NCBI GenBank assembly: GCA_051313645.2
Contig: JBNRSN020000003.1
Span: forward strand, 19,344,001 to 19,408,000
Reading direction: 5' to 3'
Source: Centroscyllium fabricii
Taxonomy: Eukaryota
DNA: 64,000 bases
Part shown: one piece after another, positions 12,500-25,254 of the stretch
Layout: each line of letters begins with the position of its first letter
Numbering within the stretch: the stretch's first letter is position 1
Position numbers and translations under genes: made by a program
Notes under the pieces: model-generated
Told to the model about the DNA's origin: nothing
Databases searched by the model: none
The model's input: the letters and a program-made list of their open reading frames with translations, nothing else

Positions 12500-13399
12500 G
12501 ATGTCTTGCACGTCCCAAGGTGAGTCTCTACCTACCAACAGATGGTAACACAAATCCTATTTGTATGTAAGACTGTGACAGAAGTGCCCGAGCTGAGGCA
12601 CCTTGGCTGAAGTTGCTCCTTCTGTATTGAGAATAGGAACTTGCACGGTCCACCAGCTGGGTGCAGGTGCATCAGCTGGTACTGGTGGCTATGCCAATGG
12701 CAGATAGCATCAATTGAAAACAACACTTGAGTCAGCATCAGCTCCCGTGTCAAGCAGCTGCAGAGCCCTCAGGTTCGAGGGGGTTTGAGATTAGTAGCAG
12801 TGTATGTTGTACGAGTCCCAAGCGACCTCCAACACCCACAGCCTAGACGTATACGTTGGGGCAGAGTATCTGTCTCTGCTGGTGATTCTGCCCTGGAACA
12901 CTACTCGGTGTGCTCTACTTAAATGAGATAATTGTGCTGATTAGAAACTCAATGTGCCAAGCTTAAACCACTGTTATTAATATCCTGTCAAGCAAACACG
13001 AGTAATCAACACAAGTCCTTCTGGCAAATTTGCAGTAGCCTTTCCACTTCAAAAGTCACGCAATGCTGGAAAACAAAATATGCAGGTGCTGCAGAGCAGG
13101 ACTGATGACGGAGGCGGTGGGGGTTGTGGTTTTTGGCGTTCCATCATATGCACCACATTCCAGTGTTGAGGACTGAAGTGAAAGGTCCATGACATTCAAT
13201 ACAAGCATCAAAGTGGAGAACTTGCCTCAACAGAGGGTCAAAGATGAGCAGCCTGGACCGGATTTACCCAGTCGAACACCATGCATGGTCGGCTGTTACT
13301 GAGGTAACAAACCCTCGACAGTCCGATAAGATGGCATTGGTGACACTTCCAAAGAGATTTCATTGAAAACTGAACACATTTTTCAACAACTTACAGTAT

Positions 13400-14255
13400 G
13401 TAGATGAGGAAAACTCTTTTCTCTTGAAAAGAGAAGGCTGAGGGGTGACCAACTAGAGGTCTTCAAACTGATGAAGGGTTTTGATAGAGTGGATACAGAG
13501 TGTTTCCACTTGTGGGGAAGAGCATAACTAGAGTCCGTCAGTATAAGAGAGTCACCAAGAAATTAAATAGGGAATTCAAAAGAAACTTCTTTACCCAGAG
13601 AGTGGTGAGAATGTGGAACTCGCTCCCACAGGGAGTGAGGCAAATAAGGGAAAGCTAAATAAACGTATGAGGGAGAAGGGAGCAGTGGGTTTTGCTGATC
13701 GAGTTAGATGAGGAAGGATGGGAGGAGGCGTGAGTGGAGCATAAACGCTGGCATGGACTGGTTGGGCCGAATGGCCTGTTTCGAGGCTTGATCGGGTGGA
13801 TGCGGTGAGGATGTTTCCACTGATGGACGAGACTAGAACTAGGGGGCATAATCTGAGAATAAGGGGCTGCCCTTTCAAAACGGAGATGAGTAGAAACTTC
13901 TTCACTCAGAGGGTAGTAAATCTCTGGAATTTGCTACCTCAGCGAGCTGTGGAAGCTGCGACATTAAATAAATTTAAAACGGAGATAGACAGTTTCCTAG
14001 CTGATAATGGAATAAGGGGTTTCAGGGAGCGGGCAGGGAAGTGGACGTGAGTCTAAGTTCGGATCAATGCAAGAAGTCACACAACACCAGATTATAGTCC
14101 AACGGTTTTATTTTAAATCACAAGCTTTCGGAGCGCTGCTCCTTCGTCAAGGTGAAAGAGAGAGACTGACTTAAAAGATCACATATCAGCCACGATCCTA
14201 TTGAATGGCGGAGCAGGCACGAGGGGCCCTATGGCCTGCTCCGACCTCTTATGTT
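13400..14255 (+). mobile_element. Two adjacent CR1 3' fragments (old 13400-13783; younger 13784-14255, split by a Penelope piece)
   Basis: RNFFTQRVV motifs and tails. Confidence 0.85.
14068..14155 (-). mobile_element. Penelope pseudo-LTR fragment with hammerhead-like motif (1-nt insertion in core)
   Basis: Minus strand cac-cttgacga-aggagc-agc-gctcc-gaaa-gctt-gtg; same family as 62657-62860. Confidence 0.75.
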
Positions 14256-15149
14256 CTGTGCCGTATATTCGATGTTCATTTTGCAGCACTGGTGACTGAA
14301 TGGCGAACTGAGTACAGTCAGCAGTCAAGACAGCTGCCAGCACAGAAACATAAACAACCAACCAATGGCTGCAGCGCAGAACAAGCCTCCATATAGAACA
14401 AGCTGTTAGGAAGGGAAAAGATATTTTTTCCGTGAGGTGATTGCCCGGCAGTTTAAGGAAGCATATTGTAAAATTTTCACATTATGCTTTACGGAGTTCT
14501 TAGGGAATGTTCTTGTAGTATAATGTATGGCACAGTAATAAACATGCATCCACATTTAGATTATACTGTTGGATTTTCCATGGCGTTGCTCACAATGAGT
14601 TGAAGGTTACGCTGTTGCAAGAGGGTGGGAGCCGTAGCCTGGGTGGTTCACGTGGCTATTGCAAGGATTTTGGAAAGAAGTTGTTGTGATATGTGCTCAG
14701 AAACAGCGAAGTGTTTTTTTTTAAATTGGCTTTTGTAAATTGGAGCCAATTGATCTTTTGGTGTGCGACAAACTTGTCACTTCACATTTGTGACAAATAC
14801 AGGAATTTAATATTTTTATGTCGACCTTGCTTACCCGTGATGTCTGTCACAACCTGCTGTGTAGCCTACCAAGTGAAGATCTAAATCTTTTCACGACCTC
14901 GTTCCCCTGCAATTGCCAGTTCGTTCTCAGCTCCACAGATTATCCAGTAAGCCAGGCCAATACGGCTCTTAAAGCCGCAGACTTCATGATGGGCAGTGGC
15001 TGCCTCAAGACGACCAAGTCATTATTCCTCCACCACTAAGACACACCACTGGGAATCTGGCAAACCTCATGCCAACTCGAACAAATGGATGTTGGAAACG
15101 GGCCGCAACAGAACCTGACCATTCAACTGCGGCTGGAAAACCAACGATT

Positions 15150-16165
15150 TATTTATTTTTTGTTCATAGGAGGTGGGCGTCGCTGGCAAGGCCAGCATTT
15201 ATTGCCCATCCCTAATTGCCCTTCAGAAGGTGGTGGTGAGACGCTTTCTTGAACCGCTGCAGTCCGTGTGGTGAAGGTATACATCTTTGTAGCGGTTTGG
15301 TACAACTGAGTGGAATGCTCGGCCATTTCAGAGGGCATTGCTGTGGGTCGGCAGTCCCATATAGGCCAGACCGGGTAAGGACATTAGTGAACCAAATGGG
15401 TGTTTAAGGCAATTACTCGCTTTTTATTCCAGATTTATTGAATTAACAAATTAAATTCAATGGGCGCGAAATTGGCGGTCTAGCGCTGGCCCATAATTGG
15501 GCGCTACAGAATTTGCGCTAGTGCTTGCGCCCAGCACGAAATTGAGCCGAGCGCTAAGTTGGAGGCTAACTGGTCGGGCCTCAACGAATTTAGCGCCCAG
15601 CTGGACGTCGGGAATGACTTCATCAGCCCACGCAGCGCCTGGGAGGCGCTCGCGACTGAAATTGGGCAGCGCCCGTTGAATTACCGCTGGCCGCCGCCCG
15701 CGCCAGCTTTTTCGGGCCGGTACAGCAGCGGGGGAGCGCTGCTTAAAGGGGAGTGTGGCGGTCGGCCATTTTTATTGCTGGCCGACTGCCAGCACCTTCC
15801 CCCTCTGCCTCCGGCAACTGAGCCCGGCACTTCCCTCCAGTGCCGGGCTCCTTCTGGCGATTCTGGTCCCACGGCGGCCCCGCGGGGCTCCGGCCGCAGC
15901 CGCGCTAGGCCCCCTCCCCTTTAATCCCCGATATTCGGCCTCCTCGCGCCAAGAGCGAGGCGGCCCGCCCGCTTTAGCGCCAGCCCTCCCATAATGGCCG
16001 ATGCAGGCGAATTTTGGCCCTAACAGCTGGCGCTAAAAATAGCGCAGCGCCCAGGTCAGCGCTACAAAACGTGGGCTGACCAATTCCACACCCCCCGTCT
16101 CCAGATCATTAGTCCAGGCCTCTGGATTACTCGTCCAGTAACATAACTACTCTGCTCCCGTCCCC
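15150..16165 (-). mobile_element. tRNA-derived SINE with Zenon-CR1 tail, split by a MITE
   Basis: Tail at 15150-15275 resembles the LINE at 18540; head resumes at ~16097-16165. Confidence 0.7.
15462..16093 (+). mobile_element. GC/CpG-rich Harbinger-like MITE, copy 1
   Basis: GGGCGCGAAATTGG ... CCAATTCCACACCC; colinear with 36534-37272; many GCGC/AGCGCT repeats. Confidence 0.7.
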
Positions 16166-16867
16166 GACACAACCATCAAGCCAGGAGCCTGCAACCCGAC
16201 ATCTCAATTTTACAGCTGTGCCTCGTAAAACACTTTAGACCATTGGGGGAACATGAAGTAGTCTTAAAAGCGACGCAGTTCAGGTTGTGCTGCAATAAAA
16301 CAGTGCTGGTTGCATGCCAGGCAACTAAAAGTTAACCAGTAACTATTGACTCAGGGCCAACCTTCAACGACACAGTACTGCACAAAACTCCTCCAGCCGT
16401 TCCACGTTCCAAATAACTAGATGTGCAGTAATACATCAATCTGAAAATAATTATAGTACACCAGCTCCTCAGGAAACTAATCAGCTGGCAGAGAAGTTCA
16501 AATAAGCAGAAGTTGGTCATTAGTGTTAAATGGTTTAGGGGGGGGGGGGGCGGAGGGAAGATTAAAAACCAGCACAGACGCATAGTTCGGTTGCTATAGT
16601 AGCTCAAACACAGATACAGAACGTGAAATGTAATTGGAAGAACGCCGACTGTTCCTTTAGTTTCCCTTGAACGCCATTATCACTCCAAACCAAATTGTTT
16701 CATGCACCAGGTTGCAGCATATCGGAGGATCTCGCACTGTAACAGCATTTGCTTTGTATATAAATCCAATTACTTAGGTGGGGGAAGGGACTTCTATGCA
16801 AATTTCAGTATTTTCGTGCTTTAAAAAAAAACTCCAAGTGTTCTCAAAAAGTTTATCCACTTACAGT

Positions 16868-17655
16868 ATAGAAACATAGAAACATAGAAAATAGGTGCAG
16901 GAGCAGACCATTCGGTCCGTCGAGCCTGCACCGCCATTCAATACGTTCATGGCTGAACACAAGAACACAACACAATAGCACAAGAACAGAAGACACAAGA
17001 ACACAGGAACACAAGAACACTAGAACCCCAGAAATAGGAGCAGGAGTAGGCCAATCGGCCCCCCGAGCCCGCCCCCTCCCCATCAAGATCGTTGCTGATC
17101 CTACCCTAACCTTCGTACCACTATCACCCTTCTCCCACCCAAAGAACCGTGTGATCTCCTGGGAGAGGCGAAAAACCGGATAAAAACCCAGGTCCAATTT
17201 GGGAAAATAAATCCGGGAAATTCCTCTCCGACCCCAATCCAGGCGATCGAAACTTGTCCAGGAGATCACTCAGGTCTTACTATACTAACCATAACTCAGG
17301 TCCACTTCCCTGCCCGCTCCCCGTAACCCCTAATTCCCTTGTCAGCTAAAAAACAGTCTATTTCGGTTTTAAATTTATTTAATGTTCCCGCTTCCACAGC
17401 TCCCTGGGGCAGTGAATTCCATAGATTAACCACCCTCTGGGTGAAGAAGTTTCTCCTCATCTCAGTTTTAAAAGAGCCCCCCCTTATTCTAAGACTATGC
17501 CCCCTAGTTCTAGTCTCCCCGATCATTGGAAACATCCTTGGCGCATCCACCCGATCAAGGCCCCTCACGATCTTATACGTTTCAATAAGATCGCCTCTCA
17601 TTCTTCTGAACTCTAAAGAGTAGAGTCCCAACCTACTTAACCTTTCCTCATATGT
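16868..17655 (-). mobile_element. CR1 3' portion with structured cassette (17151-17269) and an extra tail at 16868-16955
   Basis: GLYSLEFRRMRGDLIETYK..ERAGKWT*; (cttgtgtt)n tail. Confidence 0.88.
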
Positions 17656-17674
17656 TCCAAGTATATCTGTGTAA

Positions 17675-18286
17675 TGGGGCTGTCACACCTTGACGTTTTA
17701 GCCAGCGTATGCAAATTTGGCGAATATGCTGGTACACGTCGAATACGTTATGGGTAAGTTTTGTATACGTTAAGAGCACGCTGAAGCACGCTGGCATACG
17801 TCGTTGTACTCCGAGTAAGTCGAGAAATTTTGAGCATGCACAAAATTTCTCGACTTATCCAGCGTATGACTCTCACGTTCCGCATACGCTGGCCATAAGT
17901 TGTAGGCACGTTAGGCGATCGTTGACACACGTCGACACACGTTACTTGTAAGTTAGTCATAAGTCAAAATACGTCGAGATAATGTCTAGCCACGTGATCG
18001 TCGGCGAAACGCTGCCGCGCGCTATGCATAAGTTAGACTATCGTTGGGCATAAGTTGTGAACGCCGACAATACGCTAAGCATTCGTTGGTATAAGTTATC
18101 TGTAAGTTATCGATACGTTCTGTGTACGTTACTAATACGTTATGCATACGTCCAACTCGTTATGAATACGCTATTATACGCCCAAAAACTGAAAAAAACA
18201 TCGATAGTTCAGCGAACGCCAGCGTTTTAGATAAATTTGCATACGTCGGCATGCGCTAGCTAATTCGTCAAGGTGTGACAGGGCCT
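17675..18286. mobile_element. PIF/Harbinger-like MITE, extremely CpG-rich
   Basis: ~37-bp imperfect TIRs (ggggctgtcacaccttgacgttttagccagcgtatgc vs ggccctgtcacaccttgacgaattagctagcgcatgc); TAA TSD at 17672-17674 and 18287-18289. Confidence 0.82.
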
Positions 18287-18539
18287 TAAAAAAGTGTTCT
18301 GGCCATTTAAAGGGTTCAGGTCAGAACGCAGCACGGCCAGACAGCGAGGTGGCACACAGCTCACTACACTGGGGTGCTCAAACATTGTTGTCCTTGTTGG
18401 CCGTGTAGATGAATCGGAAACCACGTATAAAGTTTGAACCCATGCTCCCATTAACTTGCATAAGATGTACCAAACCGCGACAGAGACGGATACCTTCATG
18501 CTCCCATTCACTAGTTTGAGAGGGTTGTCATTTGAGGAG

Positions 18540-19464
18540 ATTTTTTTTTAATCCTTTGATGGGATGTGGGTGTCGCTGGCTAGGCCTGCATTTAGTGCCC
18601 ATCCCTAATTGCCCTTGAGAAGATGGTGGTGAGCCGCCTTCTTGAACCGCTGCAGTCCATATGGTGTAGGTACACCCACAATGTTGTTAGGAAGGGAGTT
18701 CCAGGATTTTGGCCCAGCGACAGTAAAGGAACGGCGATACAGGTCCAAGTCACGATGGTGTGTGGCTTGGAGGGGAACTTGTCGGTGGTACTGTTCCCAT
18801 GCGTCTGCTGCCCTTGTCCTTCTAAGTGGTAGAGGTCACGGGTTTGGTAGGTGCTGTTGAAGGAGCTTTGGCGAGTTGCTGCAGTGCATCTTGTAGATGG
18901 TACACACTGCAGCCACAGTGCGCCTGTGGTGGAGGGAGTGAATGTTGAAGGTGGTGGATGGAGTGCCAATCAAGCGGCCTGCTTTATCCTGAATGGTGTC
19001 GAGCTTCTTGAGTGTTGTTGGAGCTGCACTCATCCAGGCAAGTGGAGAGTATTCCATCACACTCATGACTTGTGCCTTGTAGATGGTGGAAAGGCTTTGG
19101 GGAGTCAGGAGGTGAGACACTCGCCGCAGAATTCCCAGCCTCTGGCCTGCTCTTGTAGCCACAGTATTGATGTGGCTGGTCCAGTTCAGTTTCCGATCAA
19201 TGGTAACCCCCAGGATATTGATAGTGGGGGATTCAGCGATGATAAAGCCATTGAATGTCAAGGGGATATGGTTAGAATCTCGCTTGTTGGAGATGGTCAT
19301 TGCCTGGCACTTGTGTGGTGCGAATGTTACTTGCCACTTGTCAGCCCAAGTCTGAATGTTGTCCAGGTCTTGCTGCATATGGGCACGGACTGCGTCAGTA
19401 TCCGACGAGTCTCGAATGGTGCTGAACAGCGTGCAATCATCAGCGAACATCGCCACTTCTGACC
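18540..19464 (-). mobile_element. CR1/Zenon-like LINE, 5'-truncated
   Basis: MFADDCT..WADKWQVTFAPHKCQ..YKAQV.SVMEYS..HRRTVAAVC; tail gggcaattagggatgggcactaaatgcaggcctagccagcgac. Confidence 0.85.
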
Positions 19465-19742
19465 TTGTGTAGAATGGGCCGATACTCTCTGGAGCTTAGA
19501 AGAATGAGAGGTGATCTCATTGAAACATACAAGATTCCGAAGGGGATTGACAGGGTAGATGCTGAGAGATTGTTTCCCCTGGCTGGGGAGTCTAGAACTA
19601 GGGGGCAAAGTCTCAGGATAAGGGGTCGGTCATTTAAGACCGAGATGAGGAGGAATTTCTTCACTCAGAGGGTTGTGAATCTTGGAATTCGCTGCCCAGA
19701 TGGCTGTGGATGCTGAGTCTTTGAGTATATTCAAGGCTGAAT
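19465..19742 (+). mobile_element. CR1 RT C-terminal fragment
   Basis: YSLELRRMRGDLIETYK..RRNFFTQRVV. Confidence 0.85.
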
Positions 19743-19743
19743 T

Positions 19744-21123
19744 CATAGAAACATAGAAGACAGGAGCAGGAGTAGGCCATTCGGCCCCTCGAGCCTGCTC
19801 CGCCATTCAAAGAGATCATGGCTGATCATCCAAACTCAGTACTCCGTACTTGCCTTCTCCCCATATCCTTTGATAACTTTAGCTCCAAGAACTTTATCTA
19901 ACTTCTTCTTGAATATATTTAATGAATTGGCCTCAACTACATTCTGTGGTCGAGAATTCCACAGGTTCACCACTCTCTGGGTGAAGAAATTCTTCCTCAT
20001 CTCTGTCCTAAATGGCTTACCCCTTATCCTTAGACTATGACCCCTGGTTCTGGACTCTCCAACCATCGGGAACATTCTTCCTGCATCTAGTTTGTCCAGA
20101 CCTTGTCAGAATTTTTAAAGTTTCGATGAGATAGAAACATAGAAGATAGGAGCAGGAGTAGGCCATTCGGCCCTTCGAGCCTGCTCCGCCATTCAATGAG
20201 ATCATGGCTCCCCTCTCATTCTTCTAAACTCCAGCGAGTATAAGCCCAATCGATCCAATCTCTCCTCATACGTCATTCCAGCCATCCCAGGTATCAGTCT
20301 GGTGAATCTTCGCTGTACTCCTTCCATGGCAAGAACATCCTTCCTCAGATAAGGCGACCAAAACTGCACCCAGTACTCAAGGTGTGGTCTCACCAAGGCC
20401 CTGTGCAACTGCAGCAGGACATCTTTGTTACTGTACTCGAACCCTTTCACTATCAAGGCCAACATACCATTTGCGTTCTTCACCGCCTGCTGTACCTGCA
20501 TGCTTACCTTCAACGACTGGTGCACAAGAACACCCAGGACTCATTGCACTTCCCCGTCTCACAATCTATTTCCATTCAGATAATAGTCTGCCTTTCTGTT
20601 TTTGACATCAAAGTGGATAACCTCGCATTTATCCACGTTACATTGCATCTGCCACACTTCTGCCCAATCACCCAACCTGTCCAAATCATCCTGGAGTTTC
20701 TCGGTATCCTCCTCGCAGCACACACGCCCACCCGGCTTTGTGTCGTCTGCAAACTTGGAGATATTACATCTAATTCCATCATCTAGATCATTAATGTATA
20801 TTGTGTATAGCTGGGGTCCCAGGACCGATCCCTGTGGTACCCCACTAGTCACTGCCTGCCACTCGGAAAAAGACCCATTTATTCCTACTCTCTGCTTTCT
20901 GTCCACCAACCAGTTCTCTATCCAAGTCAATACCTTGCCCCCAATCCCATGTGCCTTAACTTTACACACTAATCTCTTATGCGGGACCTTATCGAAAGCC
21001 TTCTGAAAGTCCAAATACACCACATCTACTGGTTCTCCCTTATCTATTTTCCCAGTTACATCCTCAAAAAACTCCATTAGATTAGTCAAGCATGATTTAC
21101 CTTTTGTAAATCCATGTTGACTT
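19744..21123 (-). mobile_element. CR1 RT and 3' end (1.4 kb), with a SINE/LINE tail inserted at ~20132-20208
   Basis: [33 protein letters not shown] motifs. Confidence 0.9.
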
Positions 21124-21359
21124 GCAACAGCGGCCTGGCAATGACTTTCCCCATCGATAGATTTTTGGACTCCAGAGGAATCGAGGGATATGGGGATAGT
21201 GCAGGAAGGTGGAGATGAGGTAGAAGATCAGCCATGATCTTATTGAATGGCGGAGCGGGCTCGAGGGGCCGTGTGGCCGACTCCTGCGCCAAATTCTTAT
21301 AATCTTATCTTTTTATACCTCAAGTTGCAGAAAACTAACAAACTTAGGATTCATCCAAC

Positions 21360-21680
21360 AATAGAAACATAGAAACATAGACGATAGGAGCAGGAGTAGG
21401 CCATTCGGCCCTTCGAGCCTGCTCCGCCATTCAATGAGATCATGGCTGATCATCCAAACCCAGCACCCCGCCCCTGCCCTCTCCCCATATCCCTCGATCC
21501 CTATCGAGCCTGCACCGACACATATCCCACCCTATCCCCGTAACCCCACATATTCAATCCCCCTAACACTAAGGGTCAACTTATCCTGGCCAATCAACCT
21601 AACCCGAACATCTTTGGACTGTGGGAGGAAACCGGAGCACCCGGAGGAAACCCACGCAGACACGGGGAGAATGTGCAAAC
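21360..21680 (-). mobile_element. HE1 V-SINE, 5'-truncated
   Basis: V-domain and tail present; head absent. Confidence 0.88.
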
Positions 21681-22729
21681 AACGCCAAGATCTGCCCCTT
21701 GCAAACCTTTAGGCTCACAGCATTCGAGCAGGACAAACCATCGAATAAGTGACCGTAACAGCACCGAGCTGCACGAGCTTCGTGGGGTGGAGTGCCAACG
21801 CTCAGAGGACAACAGTTTGGACAGTTCTGCTTGACGGCACTTCTGCACAAAGGAAGCCCAGGGTGGCGGTGGGTCGGTGAGCAGACAGAGAAAGTCACTA
21901 GCAGGCCGCTGTTGCAAGCCTTGGAGACGCTGGCAGAGGTGCTGCACCGGTTGCAAAGACTTTCCCATGGAAGAGATTTATACCTGCGTCCTCTGAGATT
22001 TTTTAGCTTGGTGGCTTTTAGTTATATTTTTTTTAATTAGATTGGGAGGAGTGAAAGTGCCCTTTTCAACTACTTGACGACAGAACAGCCTTTTTCTCCA
22101 CCACTTGGTTGGAAACAAATTAAGTTATGGGCTCAATAATGGCTTCGATCCGAGTTAGTTGACAGCAGCGTTTAATTTGACAAGCTGAATGCATGGCAAC
22201 AGTCTGAACTTATTACTGCTACACCACAACACTATTTAACTTAACAGCAGTACCTTTTCACATAAAAGCCTTTGAACCTTTTTTTTAAAGAAAAGTATTG
22301 GCTTTGAACATTAACTCGGAAGAATTCAGATTGGCCTGTGAACTGGGAACTTTCCAGTCACTCAGCAAAACTCTGAGCTTATTGCAAGACAAAGATTGCC
22401 AGCATTGAAAACAAATGAGGAACCACGGTGCAAATCATCCACAAACCTTGCAATTTTAATTTCCAACCACGGTTATGTGCTTGCTGAGGCACATAACTCC
22501 AATCTCCCAGCATCTGGGACCATCTTGATGTGCTGTGACCTATGAAAAGTACCAGCGCTTCACAGTAAAAAGACCAATGTAAAACCGCAACAGAAATCAA
22601 CGGGTTTCTTTGAACGCCCACGTCCGCGAGGGGCAACTGCTATGAAATTAAAAATGACGACAGAATGGATTAGATGCAACAGAGGATGTGGAAAGGCAAC
22701 GGGCACAGCTATGGATAACGCAATGAGTA

Positions 22730-23430
22730 GGACATCGGAACAGGAGGAGGCCATTCGGCCCTTCAAGCCTGTTCCGCCATTCAATGAGATCATGGCTCAT
22801 ACAGAAACACAAACACAGAAGATAGGAGCAGGAGTAGGCCATTCGGCCCCTCGAGCCTGTTACACAGGAACAGGAGGAGGCCATTCGGCCCCTCAAGCCT
22901 GTTCCGCCATTCAATTAGATCATGGCTCACACAGAAACACAGAAGATAGGAGCAGGAGGCCATTCGGCCCCTCAAGCCTGTTCCGCCATTCAATTAGATT
23001 ATGGCTCATACAGAAACACAAACACAGAAGATAGGAGCAGGAGTAGGCTATTCGGCCCCTCAAGCCTGTTCCGCCATTCAATTAGATCATGGCTCACACA
23101 GAAACACAGAAGATAGGAGGAGTAGGCCATTCGACTCTTCGAGCCTCCTCCGCCATTCAATTAGATGATTGGCTCATACAGAAACACAGAAACAAATATA
23201 GGAGCAGGAATAGGCCATTCGGCCCTTCGAGCCCGCTCCGCCATTCGATTAGATCATGACTGATCTTTCATATTCAGTACCCTGTCCCTGCCTTCTCCCC
23301 ATATCTCTTGATCCCTTCAGCCTGAACACAGAAACACAGAAGATAGGAGCAGGAGTAGGCCATTCGGCCCGTCGAGCCTGCTCCGCCATTTTTGATGAGA
23401 TCATGGCTGATCATCCCAACCCAGCACCCC
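22730..23430 (-). repeat. Tandem array of ~8 CR1/HE1 3'-tail units
   Basis: Repeated acagaaacacagaagataggagcaggagtaggccattcggcccctcaagcctgttccgccattcaattagatcatggctc, mostly ~60-90 bp per unit. Confidence 0.88.
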
Positions 23431-23444
23431 CCTCCTACCCCTGG

Positions 23445-23840
23445 GGGCGGCACGGTGGCACAGTGGTTAGCATTGTTGCCTCACAGCACTGGAGACCCGG
23501 GTTCAAATCCGGCCTCGGGTACTATCTGTGTGGAGTTTGCACATTCTCCCCGTGTCTGCGTGGGTTTCCTCCGGGTGCTCCGGTTTCCTCCCACAGTCCA
23601 AAGATGTGCGGGTTAGGTTGATTGGCCAGGATAAATTAACCCTTAGTGTTAGGGGGATTGAATATGTGAGGTCACGAGGATAGGGAGGGATATGTGTCAG
23701 TGTAGGCTCGATAGGGATATGGGGAGAGGGCAGGGGCGGGGTGCTGGGTTTGGATGATCAGCCATGATCTCATTGAATGGCGGAGCAGGCTCGAAGGGCC
23801 CAATGGCCTACTCCTGCTCCTATCTTCTATGTTTCTATGT
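23445..23840 (+). mobile_element. Full-length HE1 V-SINE
   Basis: gggcggcacggtggcacagtggttagc head, V-domain, CR1 tail. Confidence 0.92.
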
Positions 23841-24056
23841 TACCCTCTCCCCATATCCCCCGACATCCCCAACTCCAGGAACTATATCTCACACACATTC
23901 TCATGGGCAATTTTTAATATCTCCAATTCACCTAACCTGCATGTCTTTGGGCGGTGGGAGGAAACCTGAGTACCCGGAGGAAACCCACACGAACACGGGG
24001 AGAACATGCAAACTCCACACAGAGGGGTCCCGGGCCAAGCAGGATTCGAACCCAGG
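23841..24056 (-). mobile_element. HE1-like subfamily B fragment
   Basis: Matches 9284-9658 and 41080-41455. Confidence 0.8.
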
Positions 24057-24446
24057 AGGTAAGAAAAAGTATGTTAAACTTCTTTAATCACTTTACACAC
24101 ACCAAACACACTTACCTTTGCACTCATGCACACATCACTCACCTGAACACGGACATCTCAACCCCTCCAAGTCCTTCAACCCGACGGCCTGACTCCTCTA
24201 ACTTGGCGTGGATTGGAGCCGTCGGGAAACTCACAGTTCAACGTTTAAAATAGGGATTAGGCTAAAAACTGCCTGTTGGCACTAATCCCTTCCCGCCTCG
24301 GGTAGGCAGGTCCCAGTGTGGGTCGGGTGCCCGCCTCCTTTGAAATTGGCATGGAGGTGGGTTTGGGTGCGGGACCCCCGATTTGGGGATTTTAACCCCC
24401 CGCACGCCTCCAATCCCGACTCCAAGGCCCAATGAAAATCGAGGCC
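24057..24446 (-). mobile_element. Partial Harbinger-like MITE (family of 37719-38816)
   Basis: Reverse-complement similarity to 37719-38100. Confidence 0.7.
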
Positions 24447-25111
24447 TCCTTCTGTGCCATAAATTTCTATGATTCTACGACCTACGGCAACTAGGGATAG
24501 GCAATAAAGATGGCCTCGCCGGTGCTGTCCACATCCTGAGAACAAGTTATAAAATGGGTACAAAGCTTAAGGTTGTGAAAGCAATCATCAGAAATATTCT
24601 TGACCCACAGGGCGATTAACAGCTGGCCAAGAATACTGGTTGAGACAAAGAAATTGGAGTTACTGAATAGATTTAGAGGGCACAGGAGGTGGTCATTCAG
24701 CCCATCGTGCCTGTGAGACTCTTTGAAAGAACTAGCCAGTTAGTCCAAGTGCCCTTCGCTTTCCCAATAGCCCTGCAAATATTTTCAACAAGTATTTATC
24801 CAATTCCCGTTTGAAAATTATTATTGAATCGGCTTCCACCCCTGTACTTTAAGACATTACATTCCAGATCATTAAAACAGCTGGATACGACAAGGGGAAG
24901 ACGGATTTGGAATGTTACGAAGAGGATAAAATGGGCTGAACAGCCTTCTTCACTTATGCCTATAATCCCGTTTGGATAAAGTCAGTTCGCTGTGCTGAAG
25001 CACCAACGCACATTGCCAGGTGGAAGGACGAAAGCTCAATCCTCCCATTTTGCAGAGTTCCCTTCATCAACGGCACTATATTCTCCACCGGAAGCGAGAT
25101 TGGTAGCGCCG

Positions 25112-25185
25112 GGCCGGTTAGCTCAGTTGGTTAGAACGTGGTGTCAGTAACGCCCAGGTTGCGGGTTCGATTGCTGTATGGGCCA
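25112..25185 (+). pseudogene. Degenerate tRNA-Ile(AAT)-derived sequence; anticodon position now reads AGT
   Basis: ggccggttagctcagttggttaga..ggttcgat..gggcca aligns to the recalled vertebrate tRNA-Ile-AAT with ~10 substitutions, including stem mismatches. Confidence 0.8.
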
Positions 25186-25254
25186 ACTGCGCTGCCGGGC
25201 GCCGCTTTGCCCGAAATGCAGCGATTCCTTGGGGTGCAGGGCACAACTCTGGAA

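Noticed and set aside
21594-21985. Faint resemblance of one minus-strand frame (LPWESLCNR) to the FANCF C-terminus
   Set aside because: Only a few residues match and their order is inconsistent; likely chance.
22730-23430. CRISPR-like repeat array
   Set aside because: Units are contiguous retroposon tails with no unique spacers; eukaryotic context; no cas genes.
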